A stretch of 31,938 nucleotides of DNA from an uncultured Mycoplasma sp. (GCA_964545135.1 CAZJEY010000001.1:1-31938), one strand, 5' to 3'; counted from the stretch's first letter, positions 16,171 to 26,499 are shown. A program made the numbers and translations. Notes: a model not told the origin generated them from the letters alone.

Positions 16171-17319
16171 TTAATTCTTTAGCTTTATATTTGTTCTTTT
16201 AAACATTAATATTTTACTAATTAAGAAATAGAATAACCCAAATATTAAAACTACTATAAAGCTTAAAATAATTGGTTTTATTGTTTCAAAATTAAATATT
16301 GATAATTTTACTATTTCATAGTTTCCATGAATAAACCAATAAGAAGGAAATAATTTAGAAAATTTGACTATATTGGGAGCTAAAAACTCTATTGGAACAA
16401 AGCAACCAGAAATAAAACTAAGTCCAAGTGCTAGCACATTTTGTACTCCAGATATAACATTTTGGTTCTTAATTAAACAACCTACCAAATAAGCTAAACT
16501 TGTAATAGTAAACGCAAATAGTAAAGAATTAATTATTAATAACAGTCCATTAATACTAAACATTAAATCTTTATAAAGAATAATACTAATTAAAACAAAT
16601 ATTAGCCAAATACTAATTGTTAAAACAAAATGTCCTAAAAATAATTGAGTTGCAAAACTTTTGGTGTTTAAACTGCTGACAGCGTTTCTCTTTTTTATTG
16701 TTTCTTTATTAAAAATACACATAATAGTACCAATTATAAATATAAATATTGATAAAAATGCATAATTTTCAAAACTATAATATACTGCTAACTTATCTAA
16801 TTCTGATTTATTAGTACTTGCAACCTTAACTTTTACTTCATTTTGAGTAATACTTTTAATATTTTCAATTATTTCACTTTCTGCCATACCAGATTTTCTA
16901 CATGTTTCAGCTATTTTAATATATCTATTAATTAAAAGTTCAGTATATTCGGACATATTTCGAGTAGATTTCTTAATACTTATGGAAATCTTCTTACCAT
17001 CTAAAAAATCTTTACCAAAATTATTTGGAATAATTAATAAAGTATCAATTTTATTTAAATATAGGGCATCTTGTATTGATTTATCATTATTATCTATCTC
17101 AATAATTTCTGCTTTATCACTGATATAATCAACAAAGTTTTTAGATAAATTTGATTCATCATAATTAATTATTGATATATTTGGATTTACATTTACATAA
17201 TCTTCTTTACTAGTATAATTTGTATTAATAACTGAAATGCCTATTGAAATAGCTGCAAACATAATTATTAGTCCTAAATGTTTTTTTACTATTTTAAAAT
17301 AATTCTTAAATACTATCAT
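16171..17319 (-). CDS. ABC-2 type exporter permease
   Basis: One N-terminal TM, a large extracytoplasmic loop and about 5 C-terminal TMs; FISGCFVP, FPSYW. Confidence 0.9.
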   Translation of the reverse strand: MIVFKNYFKIVKKHLGLIIMFAAISIGISVINTNYTSKEDYVNVNPNISIINYDESNLSKNFVDYISDKAEIIEIDNNDKSIQDALYLNKIDTLLIIPNNFGKDFLDGKKISISIKKSTRNMSEYTELLINRYIKIAETCRKSGMAESEIIENIKSITQNEVKVKVASTNKSELDKLAVYYSFENYAFLSIFIFIIGTIMCIFNKETIKKRNAVSSLNTKSFATQLFLGHFVLTISIWLIFVLISIILYKDLMFSINGLLLIINSLLFAFTITSLAYLVGCLIKNQNVISGVQNVLALGLSFISGCFVPIEFLAPNIVKFSKLFPSYWFIHGNYEIVKLSIFNFETIKPIILSFIVVLIFGLFYFLISKILMFKRTNIKLKN

Positions 17320-18451
17320 ACTTTTTCCTCCTTATAAATATAAAAGATAATACTATAAATATCAAAGAGAAAATAGAAATACGTTGTAAACAATTATAAT
17401 AAACATCTAGGTTATCATAGGCAAATAAAGAGTATAATCCATCTGTAATAATATTTACAGGGTTTATTTTAGCTAATAATGGGAAAGTTTCATCAAAATA
17501 GACTTTTATATCTATTACTCCCATCATTCCTGAAAAGAAACAACACATCATAATTACAGAAATTAAAACTCCTATTTTAAATCCTTCTGACTTTTTATTT
17601 GATACACCAATAAAAGTTCCTAACGAAGTTCCTGCTAAACAACCCACCATTGCTAAAATAATTGTTGGTAAAATTTGATCACCAAAATTAATATTAAAGA
17701 CAAATATTAAGTATAAAAATAATAATGCTAACGCTACTAATTGAATTACATAACCGGCTAATAAGCTTGAGATAATCATTTTAAATTTATTGACTGGAGC
17801 CATACAGATTCTTGCTCCTTTTTTGCTTAAATTAGCTATGCAATCTTTTATAACTTCTAAACCTATTAAACTACCATACATACAAGTCATAGCAATCAAT
17901 GTAAAAAAATAATTAATACTAAAATCAATTTTTTCATTTGAATTATCTACTACATAATTTGTATCACTATGTAAGGATTCTAAAACACCATTATAAAGCG
18001 TTTCAGAATTATAATTAATTATCGTTAAAGAAGCGTTTGATAATTGTAAATATTCATCTAAAACACTTTTAATAATTGTTTGATTTATTCCACTATTTTT
18101 TACAACCATTTGAGGATCATTATTTTCACTTAATAAAATATATCCATCGATTTCTTCATTGTTAAGTAACTTTTCTGCTTCAGCCTCATCAACATAAATA
18201 GTATCGAAAAGTTGATTATCATTTTTTTCTGATAAGCTAGCTATTACATTTTTGAAAATATTATTATTTTGATAGTAATGATTATTTACTACCGCAATAG
18301 GTATTACATCCATTTCAAAGTTCTTATCAATATTCCCTAAAGCGAGTTGAAAAAAAGTGCCTAGAACAAACGGAAAAATTAATGACCAAAAAAGCATTGC
18401 TTTATTATTTAAAAGTATTTTTAATTTATTAATAAATAAATGATAAAACAT
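17306..18451 (-). CDS. ABC-2 type exporter permease
   Basis: FWSLIFP, FFSGMMG, INPVNII; same topology; overlaps the next gene. Confidence 0.9.
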   Translation of the reverse strand: MFYHLFINKLKILLNNKAMLFWSLIFPFVLGTFFQLALGNIDKNFEMDVIPIAVVNNHYYQNNNIFKNVIASLSEKNDNQLFDTIYVDEAEAEKLLNNEEIDGYILLSENNDPQMVVKNSGINQTIIKSVLDEYLQLSNASLTIINYNSETLYNGVLESLHSDTNYVVDNSNEKIDFSINYFFTLIAMTCMYGSLIGLEVIKDCIANLSKKGARICMAPVNKFKMIISSLLAGYVIQLVALALLFLYLIFVFNINFGDQILPTIILAMVGCLAGTSLGTFIGVSNKKSEGFKIGVLISVIMMCCFFSGMMGVIDIKVYFDETFPLLAKINPVNIITDGLYSLFAYDNLDVYYNCLQRISIFSLIFIVLSFIFIRRKKYDSI

Positions 18452-18461
18452 AACATCACCT

Positions 18462-19400
18462 TTAATCTCTAAGTTCTTTTCCTGTTAATTCTAAAAAAAC
18501 ATCATTTAGTGTTGGAAGTTCAGAAAAAATCTTATTATATTTAATATCATTTTGTTTTAAGAAAGCCATTATTTTTTCTAAATTATTTTCGCCTTTTTTG
18601 AAAATAACATATAAGGTATTATCTTCATTCTTAATATCTAAAACATTTTCAATACTTTTTAATTCTATTAGCATTTTTTTAGTTACATTATCTAATTCAA
18701 TTGTAATTTTTTCACCAATAGTTGTAAGTTCTTTTAAGTCTTCTTTAGTTCCAACTGCAATAACTTTTCCTCTATCTAAAATAGCTATTCTATTACATAA
18801 TTGTTCAACTTCTTCCATATAGTGAGTAGTATAAACAATAGTTGCACCATTCTTATTTAATTTCTTAATTCCATTTAAAATACTATTTCTACTTTGAGGA
18901 TCTACGGCAACAGTTGGTTCATCTAAAAATATCAATTCAGGTTTATGAGCAATTCCACAAGCGATATTTAATCTTCTTAGAAGTCCTCCAGATAATTGTT
19001 TTGGTCTAAATTTTTTGAATTCCTCAAGTCCCGTTAATTTAATTGCATCTTCTACATATCGTAATCTTTTCTTTTTGTCTTTAATATATAATCCACAAAA
19101 ATAATTTATATTTTCATATACTGTTAATTCCTCAAATACTGCGACATCTTGAAATACAACACCAATTTTTGATTTTAAATCATAACTATCAGGTTTCATA
19201 TCTTGCCCAAATATTTTAATATTACCTTTTTCATAACTTAATAGTGATAATATACAATTTATTGTTGTTGATTTACCACTTCCGTTTGGGCCAAGAAGTC
19301 CAAATATTTTTCCTTTTTCTACATATAATGATAACTCGTCAACTGCTTTAAATTTCCCATAATATTTTGTTAGTTTTTCTACTTCAATAATTTTTTCCAT
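18462..19400 (-). CDS. ABC exporter ATP-binding protein (DrrA/NatA-like)
   Basis: GPNGSGKST, LSGG, FLDEPT, TTHYMEE, PTLNDVFLELTG. Confidence 0.95.
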   Translation of the reverse strand: MEKIIEVEKLTKYYGKFKAVDELSLYVEKGKIFGLLGPNGSGKSTTINCILSLLSYEKGNIKIFGQDMKPDSYDLKSKIGVVFQDVAVFEELTVYENINYFCGLYIKDKKKRLRYVEDAIKLTGLEEFKKFRPKQLSGGLLRRLNIACGIAHKPELIFLDEPTVAVDPQSRNSILNGIKKLNKNGATIVYTTHYMEEVEQLCNRIAILDRGKVIAVGTKEDLKELTTIGEKITIELDNVTKKMLIELKSIENVLDIKNEDNTLYVIFKKGENNLEKIMAFLKQNDIKYNKIFSELPTLNDVFLELTGKELRD

Positions 19401-19413
19401 AATGTATCCCTTT

Positions 19414-19620
19414 CTACTTTTCGTTAATTTTAGGAATTATTGTTTCAGTCAAATCTTCAATTACGTCTGCTTTTAGAAGCGCTATTCCTCTTTCTTTGTC
19501 ACATAGCACAATAATTGAATCACCAGACTTTATATTAAACATTTTTCTTGCTTCTGCAGGAATTACTATTTGTCCTTTTTCTCCTACTTTGCTAATTCCT
19601 ACAAATTTTTCTTTTTCCAT
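19414..19620 (-). CDS. AbrB/MazE/SpoVT-family DNA-binding protein
   Basis: KVGEKGQIVIPAEARKMFNIKSGD; AAGGAG RBS. Confidence 0.9.
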   Translation of the reverse strand: MEKEKFVGISKVGEKGQIVIPAEARKMFNIKSGDSIIVLCDKERGIALLKADVIEDLTETIIPKINEK

Positions 19621-19636
19621 AATATAGTCTCCTTTG

Positions 19637-19682
19637 TTATACTTTTCATACTTATTATACTTTCAGTTATAAAGAAATGCAA
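19637..19682 (-). promoter_or_regulatory. SigmaA promoter overlapped by three tandem 9-bp repeats (putative operator)
   Basis: TTGCAT (19677-19682), 17 bp, TATAAT (19654-19659); plus-strand repeats ttatacttt/tcatactta/ttatacttt at 19637-19663. Confidence 0.7.
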
Positions 19683-19749
19683 CAAAAATTTTATCATTTA
19701 AATAATTATTATCCTAATGATTTGTTAAATACATGATATAATTAGAAAT

Positions 19750-20244
19750 ATGAGTAAGATTATGAACAATGATATTCAATTCGAAAAAAATGATTATGTT
19801 TTTAATTATCGTGTAGCTATTGTTATTAGAAAAGATAACAAAATATTAATTCAAAAAGATATAAGAGCTAAACACATTACATTACCAGGTGGTAGATGTG
19901 AACTTGGCGAATCAACTGCTGATACGGCAATTCGAGAATTTAAAGAAGAAACAGGAATTGATATAGAAAGTGTTAAAGGATTAGGAATGATAGAAAATTT
20001 CTTCACATCTAGCTTTAATGGTAAAAAATATCATGAAATACTTATGATTCAAGAATCAAAAATAATTAACAAGGAATTATACGATAAAAATATTTTTGAT
20101 AATATTGAAGAAAAGAAAAAAGATTTTTTAACATATGAATGGTTAGAAATCGATAAATTAAAAGATAACAACTTTAAACCAGAAATTATTGTTGATTTTC
20201 TAAAAAGTGCTACATTTATTCACTTTATAAATAAAGATTATTAA
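19750..20244 (+). CDS. Nudix hydrolase
   Basis: Nudix box GGRCELGESTADTAIREFKEETGI; N-terminal FNYRVAIVI. Confidence 0.92.
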   Translation: MSKIMNNDIQFEKNDYVFNYRVAIVIRKDNKILIQKDIRAKHITLPGGRCELGESTADTAIREFKEETGIDIESVKGLGMIENFFTSSFNGKKYHEILMIQESKIINKELYDKNIFDNIEEKKKDFLTYEWLEIDKLKDNNFKPEIIVDFLKSATFIHFINKDY

Positions 20245-20276
20245 AAAAATTGGCACTAAGATCAGCCAATTTTTTT
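20243..20276. terminator. Bidirectional terminator between Nudix and SDR
   Basis: aaaaaaattggc / gccaattttttt. Confidence 0.85.
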
Positions 20277-20304
20277 GTGTTTTTTAGTGAATAAAAATTA
20301 TTTA

Positions 20305-21063
20305 TTATCTTTTGTTAGTTTTGCGCCATTGAATATGATAAGCAATCATTAATTGTAAACGATAAGGAGTAAATCTTAATAAAAAGATTCCTAATTTCAT
20401 TTTTAAAGTAGGTATTATAATCATTTTACCTTTTAATAATTTATCAATACCATATTTAGCTACATATTCACTTGTAGCTTCTTTAATACTAAATTCACCA
20501 TGGGCAACTTTCATAAATTCAGTGCTAGTAGGTCCAGGGCATAATGCACTTACCCTTACGTTACTTTTAATTTGTCTTAATTCTTCATTTATTGCCATAG
20601 TAAACTTTGTTAAATAATTTTTCGTTGCATAATAAGTATTTAATCTTGGACCAGCCATAAAGCCTGCACTACTACAAACATTTAAAATATATCCTCTATC
20701 TTTTTTGACAAAATCTTTTAAAAATAATTTAGTTAAAATATGCGGTGCAACTATGTTTAAATCGATCATTTCTAATTCTCGATCTAAATCAGTTTCATAA
20801 GTCATACCAAATAAACCAAAACCAGCATTATTTATTAATATATCTATACTTTTATCTTTAGTTTGTTCATAAAGCTTATAAACGTTCTCTTTTTTTGTTA
20901 AATCCAAGGAAATAATTTCAACATTTGTTTTTAATTCTTTTTTTAACTCTTCTAATTTATCTTTTCTTCTTGCAACTAAAATCAAATCATATCCAAGTTC
21001 ACTTAAATAGTGTGCCATATCTCTTCCTATACCACTAGAGGCACCTGTTATTAAACATTTCAT
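20305..21063 (-). CDS. Short-chain dehydrogenase/reductase (DltE-like classical SDR)
   Basis: TGASSGIG, ARR, NNAGFG, YYATK, CPGPT. Confidence 0.92.
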   Translation of the reverse strand: MKCLITGASSGIGRDMAHYLSELGYDLILVARRKDKLEELKKELKTNVEIISLDLTKKENVYKLYEQTKDKSIDILINNAGFGLFGMTYETDLDRELEMIDLNIVAPHILTKLFLKDFVKKDRGYILNVCSSAGFMAGPRLNTYYATKNYLTKFTMAINEELRQIKSNVRVSALCPGPTSTEFMKVAHGEFSIKEATSEYVAKYGIDKLLKGKMIIIPTLKMKLGIFLLRFTPYRLQLMIAYHIQWRKTNKR

Positions 21064-21064
21064 C

Positions 21065-23008
21065 TTACTTTGCTCCTTTCAATTCAAATAAAACATCTCT
21101 TAATTCCATAGCTCTTTCAAAATCTAATTCTTTAGCAGCTTTTTTCATTTCTTCTTCTACTTTATTAATCATTGTCATTTGATCTTTCTTACTTATTTTT
21201 TCTTTCTTTTTAGTTTCAACTTTATTAGTTATTACATCTTTAATTTCTTTTTCTATAGTTTTTGGTTCAACATTATGTACTCTATTATATTCAATTTGAA
21301 TATTTCTCCTACGTTCTGTTTCCTTAATAGCTATTTGCATTGCTTCACTATAAGTATCAGCATACATAATTACCTTACCATTTTTATTTCTAGCACATCT
21401 ACCAATTGTTTGAATTAAACTACGGCTACTTCTTAAGAATCCTTGCTTATCAGCATCCAAAATACATATTAAACTTACTTCTGGTATATCTATTCCTTCT
21501 CTTAATAAATTAATTCCTACTACGACATCATAAACGCCGGTTCTTAAATCGTGAATTATTTTTAAACGTTCAAGTGTTGTTACTTCATTATGTAAATAAG
21601 CAACTTTGATATTCATTTCTTTTAAATAATTGGTAAGTTCTTCACTCATTCTTATCGTTAATGTAGTAATTAATACTCTTTCATTTTTCTTAGTTCTTTC
21701 ATTAATTTCGGCAATTATATCATCGATTTGTCCTTCGGTTTTTCTAACTTCAATTATTGGATCTAAAAGATAAGTTGGTCTTATTAATTGTTCAGCAATA
21801 TCATCTGTTAAACCTAGTTCATAATCTCCTGGTGTAGCACTTACATAAATAGCAGTATTTATATGATTAGTAAATTCTTCAAACTTAAGAGGTCTATTAT
21901 CTAATGCACTTGGTAATCTAAAACCATAATCCACTAAAGTTTGTTTTCGCATTCTATCGCCATTATACATGCCTCTTACTTGAGGAAGAGTAACATGGGA
22001 TTCATCGACAACTAACAAAAAATCTTTTGGAAAGAAATCTATTAAACAAGTTGGTGTTTCGCCAGCTTCTCTTAATGCTAGATGTCTTGAATAATTTTCA
22101 ACACCATTACAAAAACCAGTTTCACTTAGCATTTCTAAATCATAATTTGTACGTTCTTTTATTCTTTGCTCTTCAATATATTTACCATTTTCATGAAAAA
22201 ATTCGATTTGACCTTCTAATTCTTCTTTAATTCTTCTAATAGCTTCAGCCATTTTTTCTGGACTTGTTACAAAGTGTGACGCTGGTGATATTATAATAGT
22301 ATTTTTTCCTTCAATAACTGCGCCAGTTAAGGGATCAAATGTTATTAAACTTTCAATTTTATCCCCAAATAATTCGATTCTTATACCATGTTCTCTTTCA
22401 TTAATTGGTATAACATCAATTTGATTGCCTCTTACCCTAAATGTTCCACGATGAAAATCTAAATCATTTCTTTCATATGTCATATCGACTAACTTAGTAA
22501 TAATATCATTTCTTTTAATGGTATCTCCAACATTTAAAACAAACATGTTCTTTTCATATTCTTCTTTTTCACCAATACCATAAATGCATGAAACACTCGC
22601 AACTACAATAACATCACGATAATTTATTAATGCACTTGTTGCTTTATGTCTAAGTTCATCAATTTCATCATTGATTGAAGAATCTTTTTCAATATAAGTA
22701 TCGCTACTAGGAACATAGGCTTCTGGTTGATAATAATCATAATAAGATACAAAGTATTCAACATGATTATTTGGAAATAATTCTTTTAACTCTGAATAAA
22801 GTTGGCCTGCTAAAGTTTTATTATGAGCTAGTACTAAAGTTGGTTTATTTACTTCTTTTATTACATTTGCAATTGTGAAAGTTTTACCTGTACCTGTTGC
22901 TCCTAATAAAACTTGATGTTTCTTTCCTTCTTGAATACCTTGCACTAACTTTTCTATAGCTTCCGGTTGATCACCACTTGGTTTATATTTACTTACTAAA
23001 TCAAACAT
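21065..23008 (-). CDS. uvrB: Excinuclease ABC subunit B
   Basis: [46 protein letters not shown]-terminal UVR coil. Confidence 0.98.
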   Translation of the reverse strand: MFDLVSKYKPSGDQPEAIEKLVQGIQEGKKHQVLLGATGTGKTFTIANVIKEVNKPTLVLAHNKTLAGQLYSELKELFPNNHVEYFVSYYDYYQPEAYVPSSDTYIEKDSSINDEIDELRHKATSALINYRDVIVVASVSCIYGIGEKEEYEKNMFVLNVGDTIKRNDIITKLVDMTYERNDLDFHRGTFRVRGNQIDVIPINEREHGIRIELFGDKIESLITFDPLTGAVIEGKNTIIISPASHFVTSPEKMAEAIRRIKEELEGQIEFFHENGKYIEEQRIKERTNYDLEMLSETGFCNGVENYSRHLALREAGETPTCLIDFFPKDFLLVVDESHVTLPQVRGMYNGDRMRKQTLVDYGFRLPSALDNRPLKFEEFTNHINTAIYVSATPGDYELGLTDDIAEQLIRPTYLLDPIIEVRKTEGQIDDIIAEINERTKKNERVLITTLTIRMSEELTNYLKEMNIKVAYLHNEVTTLERLKIIHDLRTGVYDVVVGINLLREGIDIPEVSLICILDADKQGFLRSSRSLIQTIGRCARNKNGKVIMYADTYSEAMQIAIKETERRRNIQIEYNRVHNVEPKTIEKEIKDVITNKVETKKKEKISKKDQMTMINKVEEEMKKAAKELDFERAMELRDVLFELKGAK

Positions 23009-23070
23009 AGTTGCCTCCTTATCATTTTCTAATATTATTATGGTTCTTTAATTTTATTTTACTAAATATT

Positions 23071-23099
23071 ATTATAATATAAAATACTTGGTAAAGCAA
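23071..23099 (-). promoter_or_regulatory. SigmaA promoter of uvrB
   Basis: TTGCTT (23094-23099), 17 bp, TATAAT (23071-23076). Confidence 0.7.
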
Positions 23100-23151
23100 A
23101 ATAATTACTTAGGAGTTTTTTTACATTTTTTAATCTACTTATATATTTGAA

Positions 23152-23180
23152 TTGACATTTACGAACAAATGTGTTAGGAT
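23152..23180 (+). promoter_or_regulatory. SigmaA promoter of the Fic gene with a degenerate LexA-like box in the spacer
   Basis: TTGACA (23152-23157), 17 bp, TGt-TAGGAT (23175-23180); CGAACAAATGTGTT at 23162-23175. Confidence 0.6.
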
Positions 23181-23210
23181 ATTTCAAAATTATTAAAGGG
23201 GGACTATAAT

Positions 23211-24119
23211 ATGGGTGGAAAAATGACTTCACTAGAACTCGTTAATGAAGCAAGGCAATCAGGATTATATCCAATTGCTGACTTAAAACTATTTGAAACT
23301 CTTGAAAATATTAAGATTTGTAATAACGTAAAAGATAATTTGTTATATGTCACTGATGAATTATACGAATATTTAGATAAAATTAATGAATTTGCTAATA
23401 CTAAACCAGGTTTAAAAGAACTATTAAGTGCTTTTAAAACAGATGATACGTTCGAAAATCAAAAATTAGAAAAAGAAAATCCCTTTTTAGTAGGTCTATT
23501 CTTACAAACTAAAAAGGAAAAAGCAATTGATAAATTAATAAAAATAGCTAAAACAGATAAGGAGTTAACTAGACAAGAATTACTAAGCATTCATAATGCT
23601 CTTTTATACGGTACATCTTCAGAAAATAATGAATTAATTAGAAAAAATAATAATACTTTTGTTGGCTATTTTATGTCTGAAGATATTCATTTTGATTTTT
23701 TTCCTATCGACTATCATGAAATAAATAACGCTATAAAAAAGTTATTGGATTTATATAATAATCGTCTCGATGGTGCTTTTGATAATGTTTTTATTCAACC
23801 ATTTGCTATTCATGGTTTATTAGGCGCTTTGCAATTATTTAATGATGGTAACACCCGATTAGGCAGATTAATGCAACATGTTTTACTTTGGAAACTAATA
23901 AACGAAAAAACAGAATATACCTATGATAATCCACCTATTTATGCAACTAAAACTTATATTCCATTAAGAGAAAAGTATCGTAACCTAATAATAGACATTG
24001 TAAAATACAATGATAATGATATATGGAACGAATGGTTTAATTTTAACTTATTTAGAATTGAAGATCAAATATATAAAAATAATGAAAATATAGAAGTATT
24101 AAAAAGAAGGATCAAATAA
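23211..24119 (+). CDS. Fic/Doc-family protein with a non-canonical motif
   Basis: LLSIHNALL, P.DYHEI, AIHGLLGALQLFNDGNTRLGRL corresponding to HxFxDGNGRxxR. Confidence 0.8.
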   Translation: MGGKMTSLELVNEARQSGLYPIADLKLFETLENIKICNNVKDNLLYVTDELYEYLDKINEFANTKPGLKELLSAFKTDDTFENQKLEKENPFLVGLFLQTKKEKAIDKLIKIAKTDKELTRQELLSIHNALLYGTSSENNELIRKNNNTFVGYFMSEDIHFDFFPIDYHEINNAIKKLLDLYNNRLDGAFDNVFIQPFAIHGLLGALQLFNDGNTRLGRLMQHVLLWKLINEKTEYTYDNPPIYATKTYIPLREKYRNLIIDIVKYNDNDIWNEWFNFNLFRIEDQIYKNNENIEVLKRRIK

Positions 24120-24139
24120 TTGTTAGTTATTTGATCCTT
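24107..24139. terminator. Hairpin formed by the 3' ends of convergent fic and tdk
   Basis: aaggatcaaataa (24107-24119) / ttatttgatcctt (24127-24139), 7-nt loop. Confidence 0.8.
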
Positions 24140-24765
24140 TCTACTAGTTGGGCTAACTTTTTAGCTTCTTCACTATTAATTTTTAAGTATTTTAAATAAC
24201 AATCCGAACAAAGAGGAACATAGGTTACATCCTCTTTACCATCTTCAATTAAAATCGTTGGACCTGATTCTGTAAATTTATCATCGATTTTTCTAGCATT
24301 AAATATTGCTTTTTTACCACATAGGCATAAACTGCTACTACCAATTTCTTCTATATGATCGGCCATGGCTATTATTTGACTTATTCCTTCACTAAAAATT
24401 TCACCTTTAAAGTTACTTTTAAGTCCATAACATATTACAGGAATATTTATTAGATGCGCTATCATCCATAGTTCCTTAATTTGCTCTTTATTCAATAATT
24501 CAACTTCGTCCACTAATATAACTTTCTTATTATAATATATTTTATAATTTTTATCAGTTAATAAAGATTCATTATCCTCCAATAAAATATCAACTTTCCT
24601 ATTCATTCCATTTCGCGAAAGTATTGTATCGTTTCCTTTAGTATCTTTTATACTTTTAATAACTATTGGGGTAAAATTATTTTGTTCATAACTATAACAA
24701 GTCTGTAATATATTAATTGTTTTACCACCATTCATTGCACTATATTTAAAAATAATCTCCGCCAT
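24127..24765 (-). CDS. tdk: Thymidine kinase (TK1/type II)
   Basis: YSAMNGGKT, I.SRNG, DEVE, YGL..F, Zn-site CLCG...CSDC. Confidence 0.9.
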   Translation of the reverse strand: MAEIIFKYSAMNGGKTINILQTCYSYEQNNFTPIVIKSIKDTKGNDTILSRNGMNRKVDILLEDNESLLTDKNYKIYYNKKVILVDEVELLNKEQIKELWMIAHLINIPVICYGLKSNFKGEIFSEGISQIIAMADHIEEIGSSSLCLCGKKAIFNARKIDDKFTESGPTILIEDGKEDVTYVPLCSDCYLKYLKINSEEAKKLAQLVERIK

Positions 24766-24774
24766 TTTTACCTC

Positions 24775-25992
24775 CTAAACATTAAATTTTCCATCTTTAA
24801 ATATATTAATTATACCATCTTTAGTTTCAGCATCAACATTTAAATCATTGGTACCTATCATAAAATCAACATGGACTTTTGATTGATTTAATCCCATAGC
24901 AAATAATTCTTCTTTAGTTTGTTTTTGATACTCTTCTAAAACAGTAACAAAACTATCGCCAAGTGCTAAATGACAAGAGGCATTCTCGTCAAACAAAGTT
25001 TCATAAAAAGTAAGATTCATATTAGCTATTGGACTATCTTTTGGTACTAATGCAATCTCGCCAAGATAACAAGAATTTTCATCACTTTCTATAATACCTT
25101 GTAAAGCTTTTTTGCCTCTTTTTGCGTCATAGTTAATTATTTTACCATCCTTAAATTCTAAAAAGAAATCTTCAATTAAGGTTCCATTATAATTTAGCGG
25201 CTTAGAACTATAAACTATCCCTTCAGTCATATGATAATCTGGAGATGTAAATATTTCATAACTGGGCATATTAACTAACATATCTTTTTCTTTGTCTGTT
25301 CCAACACCTAACCACTTGGTATTAGGAATAAGACTTACATATAAATCTGTTCCTAATGAATTTGTATAATGTAATCTTTTTATTTCTAAATCATTTAATA
25401 ACTTAACTTTCTCTTTTGCTTTTTCAATATAATTATTCCAATTAACAATTGGATCATTTTGATCAATCATACATGCCTTTAAAATACTGAAGTATAATTT
25501 TTCATAAGCGTTTTTATTATTTGGAAAAATTAAATTTGCCCATAATTCATTTGGTAAGCAAAAAATACACCAAGGTATTTCATAATTTGCTTGTTTTTTT
25601 CTATAAATAGGTTTTGTACTCCTTTTTTGAAAATTTGCAACTGCAACTTTTTCTCCCGCAATATCATCCATTAAATGTGGTATATAAGACTCTGCCATTA
25701 AAAATGAAGCGTCTTTTTTTGCATATTCATCCCATATATCACTTTGAAAGTATTGATGTGTTTTAATTTCATCGATAGTTAATTTGCTTAGTATTTCATC
25801 CTGATAATTTAAGTCTATTTCTTCTAGATAAATATCATTTATTCCTTTTTCGCGAGCTTTTTTTACTAAAATATCTATAATTTGTTTATTTTCTTTTATA
25901 TAGCTAATAAATAATGATTTTGATTTATTAAAATTGATACATCTATTCAAAATAAAATCTAAATATTTATCTTCTAAATATTTAATTTGCAT
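24775..25992 (-). CDS. Aminopeptidase, M29 family (AmpS/PepS-like)
   Basis: NMPSYEIFTSP, LGEIALV, TLFDENASCHLALG, S.VHVDFMIG. Confidence 0.93.
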   Translation of the reverse strand: MQIKYLEDKYLDFILNRCINFNKSKSLFISYIKENKQIIDILVKKAREKGINDIYLEEIDLNYQDEILSKLTIDEIKTHQYFQSDIWDEYAKKDASFLMAESYIPHLMDDIAGEKVAVANFQKRSTKPIYRKKQANYEIPWCIFCLPNELWANLIFPNNKNAYEKLYFSILKACMIDQNDPIVNWNNYIEKAKEKVKLLNDLEIKRLHYTNSLGTDLYVSLIPNTKWLGVGTDKEKDMLVNMPSYEIFTSPDYHMTEGIVYSSKPLNYNGTLIEDFFLEFKDGKIINYDAKRGKKALQGIIESDENSCYLGEIALVPKDSPIANMNLTFYETLFDENASCHLALGDSFVTVLEEYQKQTKEELFAMGLNQSKVHVDFMIGTNDLNVDAETKDGIINIFKDGKFNV

Positions 25993-26042
25993 TCTATCAC
26001 CTTCTAATTATATTTTAGCATTATTCTTATTATTAAACAAAT

Positions 26043-26067
26043 AAAAAGACACGACATTTATCGTGTA
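26043..26067 (-). terminator. Intrinsic terminator after the DUF5684-like gene
   Basis: Minus strand acacga-taaatg-tcgtgt-c followed by a T-run. Confidence 0.65.
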
Positions 26068-26499
26068 CTAATTAGAAGCTGGGGCTTCATAAGTTGAATC
26101 ATCAAAAGCCAAAATTGGTAAGAATATAATATTTAGTAATACTAATCCTACTGCAAAGCCATCACTTTTGCCAAAACATTTAGCAAGTTTTACATTAGCG
26201 ATAATATTCATTACTGCTAATATAATGCTTCCAACAAATGGAATAAATGCTAAAAATACATACCAGCCTTTCATGCCAACTAACTCAAATAATACATAAG
26301 TATTATAAAATGGAATTATTGCTGCCCATCCTGGTTTACCAGCTTTAACAAAAATTTTCCATGTTGCTATAACTGATATTACACAAATTATAAGTATAAA
26401 TATAAAATATGTAGTAAAAAAGCCCATAAAAGCCGCCATCATTCCAGTATTAGATAATGAATCAGCTGTTGCTGTATAATCATAACCATAATTGTACAT
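26068..26499 (-). CDS. DUF5684-like membrane protein
   Basis: WKIFVKAGKPGWAAIIPFYN, LAKCFGKS.GF.VGL, LAF. Confidence 0.8.
   Translation of the reverse strand: MYNYGYDYTATADSLSNTGMMAAFMGFFTTYFIFILIICVISVIATWKIFVKAGKPGWAAIIPFYNTYVLFELVGMKGWYVFLAFIPFVGSIILAVMNIIANVKLAKCFGKSDGFAVGLVLLNIIFLPILAFDDSTYEAPASN

Noticed and set aside
24090-24119. Basic C-terminal tail of Fic (KRRIK) as a secretion signal
   Set aside because: It is explained by the shared terminator stem, and Lys-rich ends also occur on housekeeping genes here.
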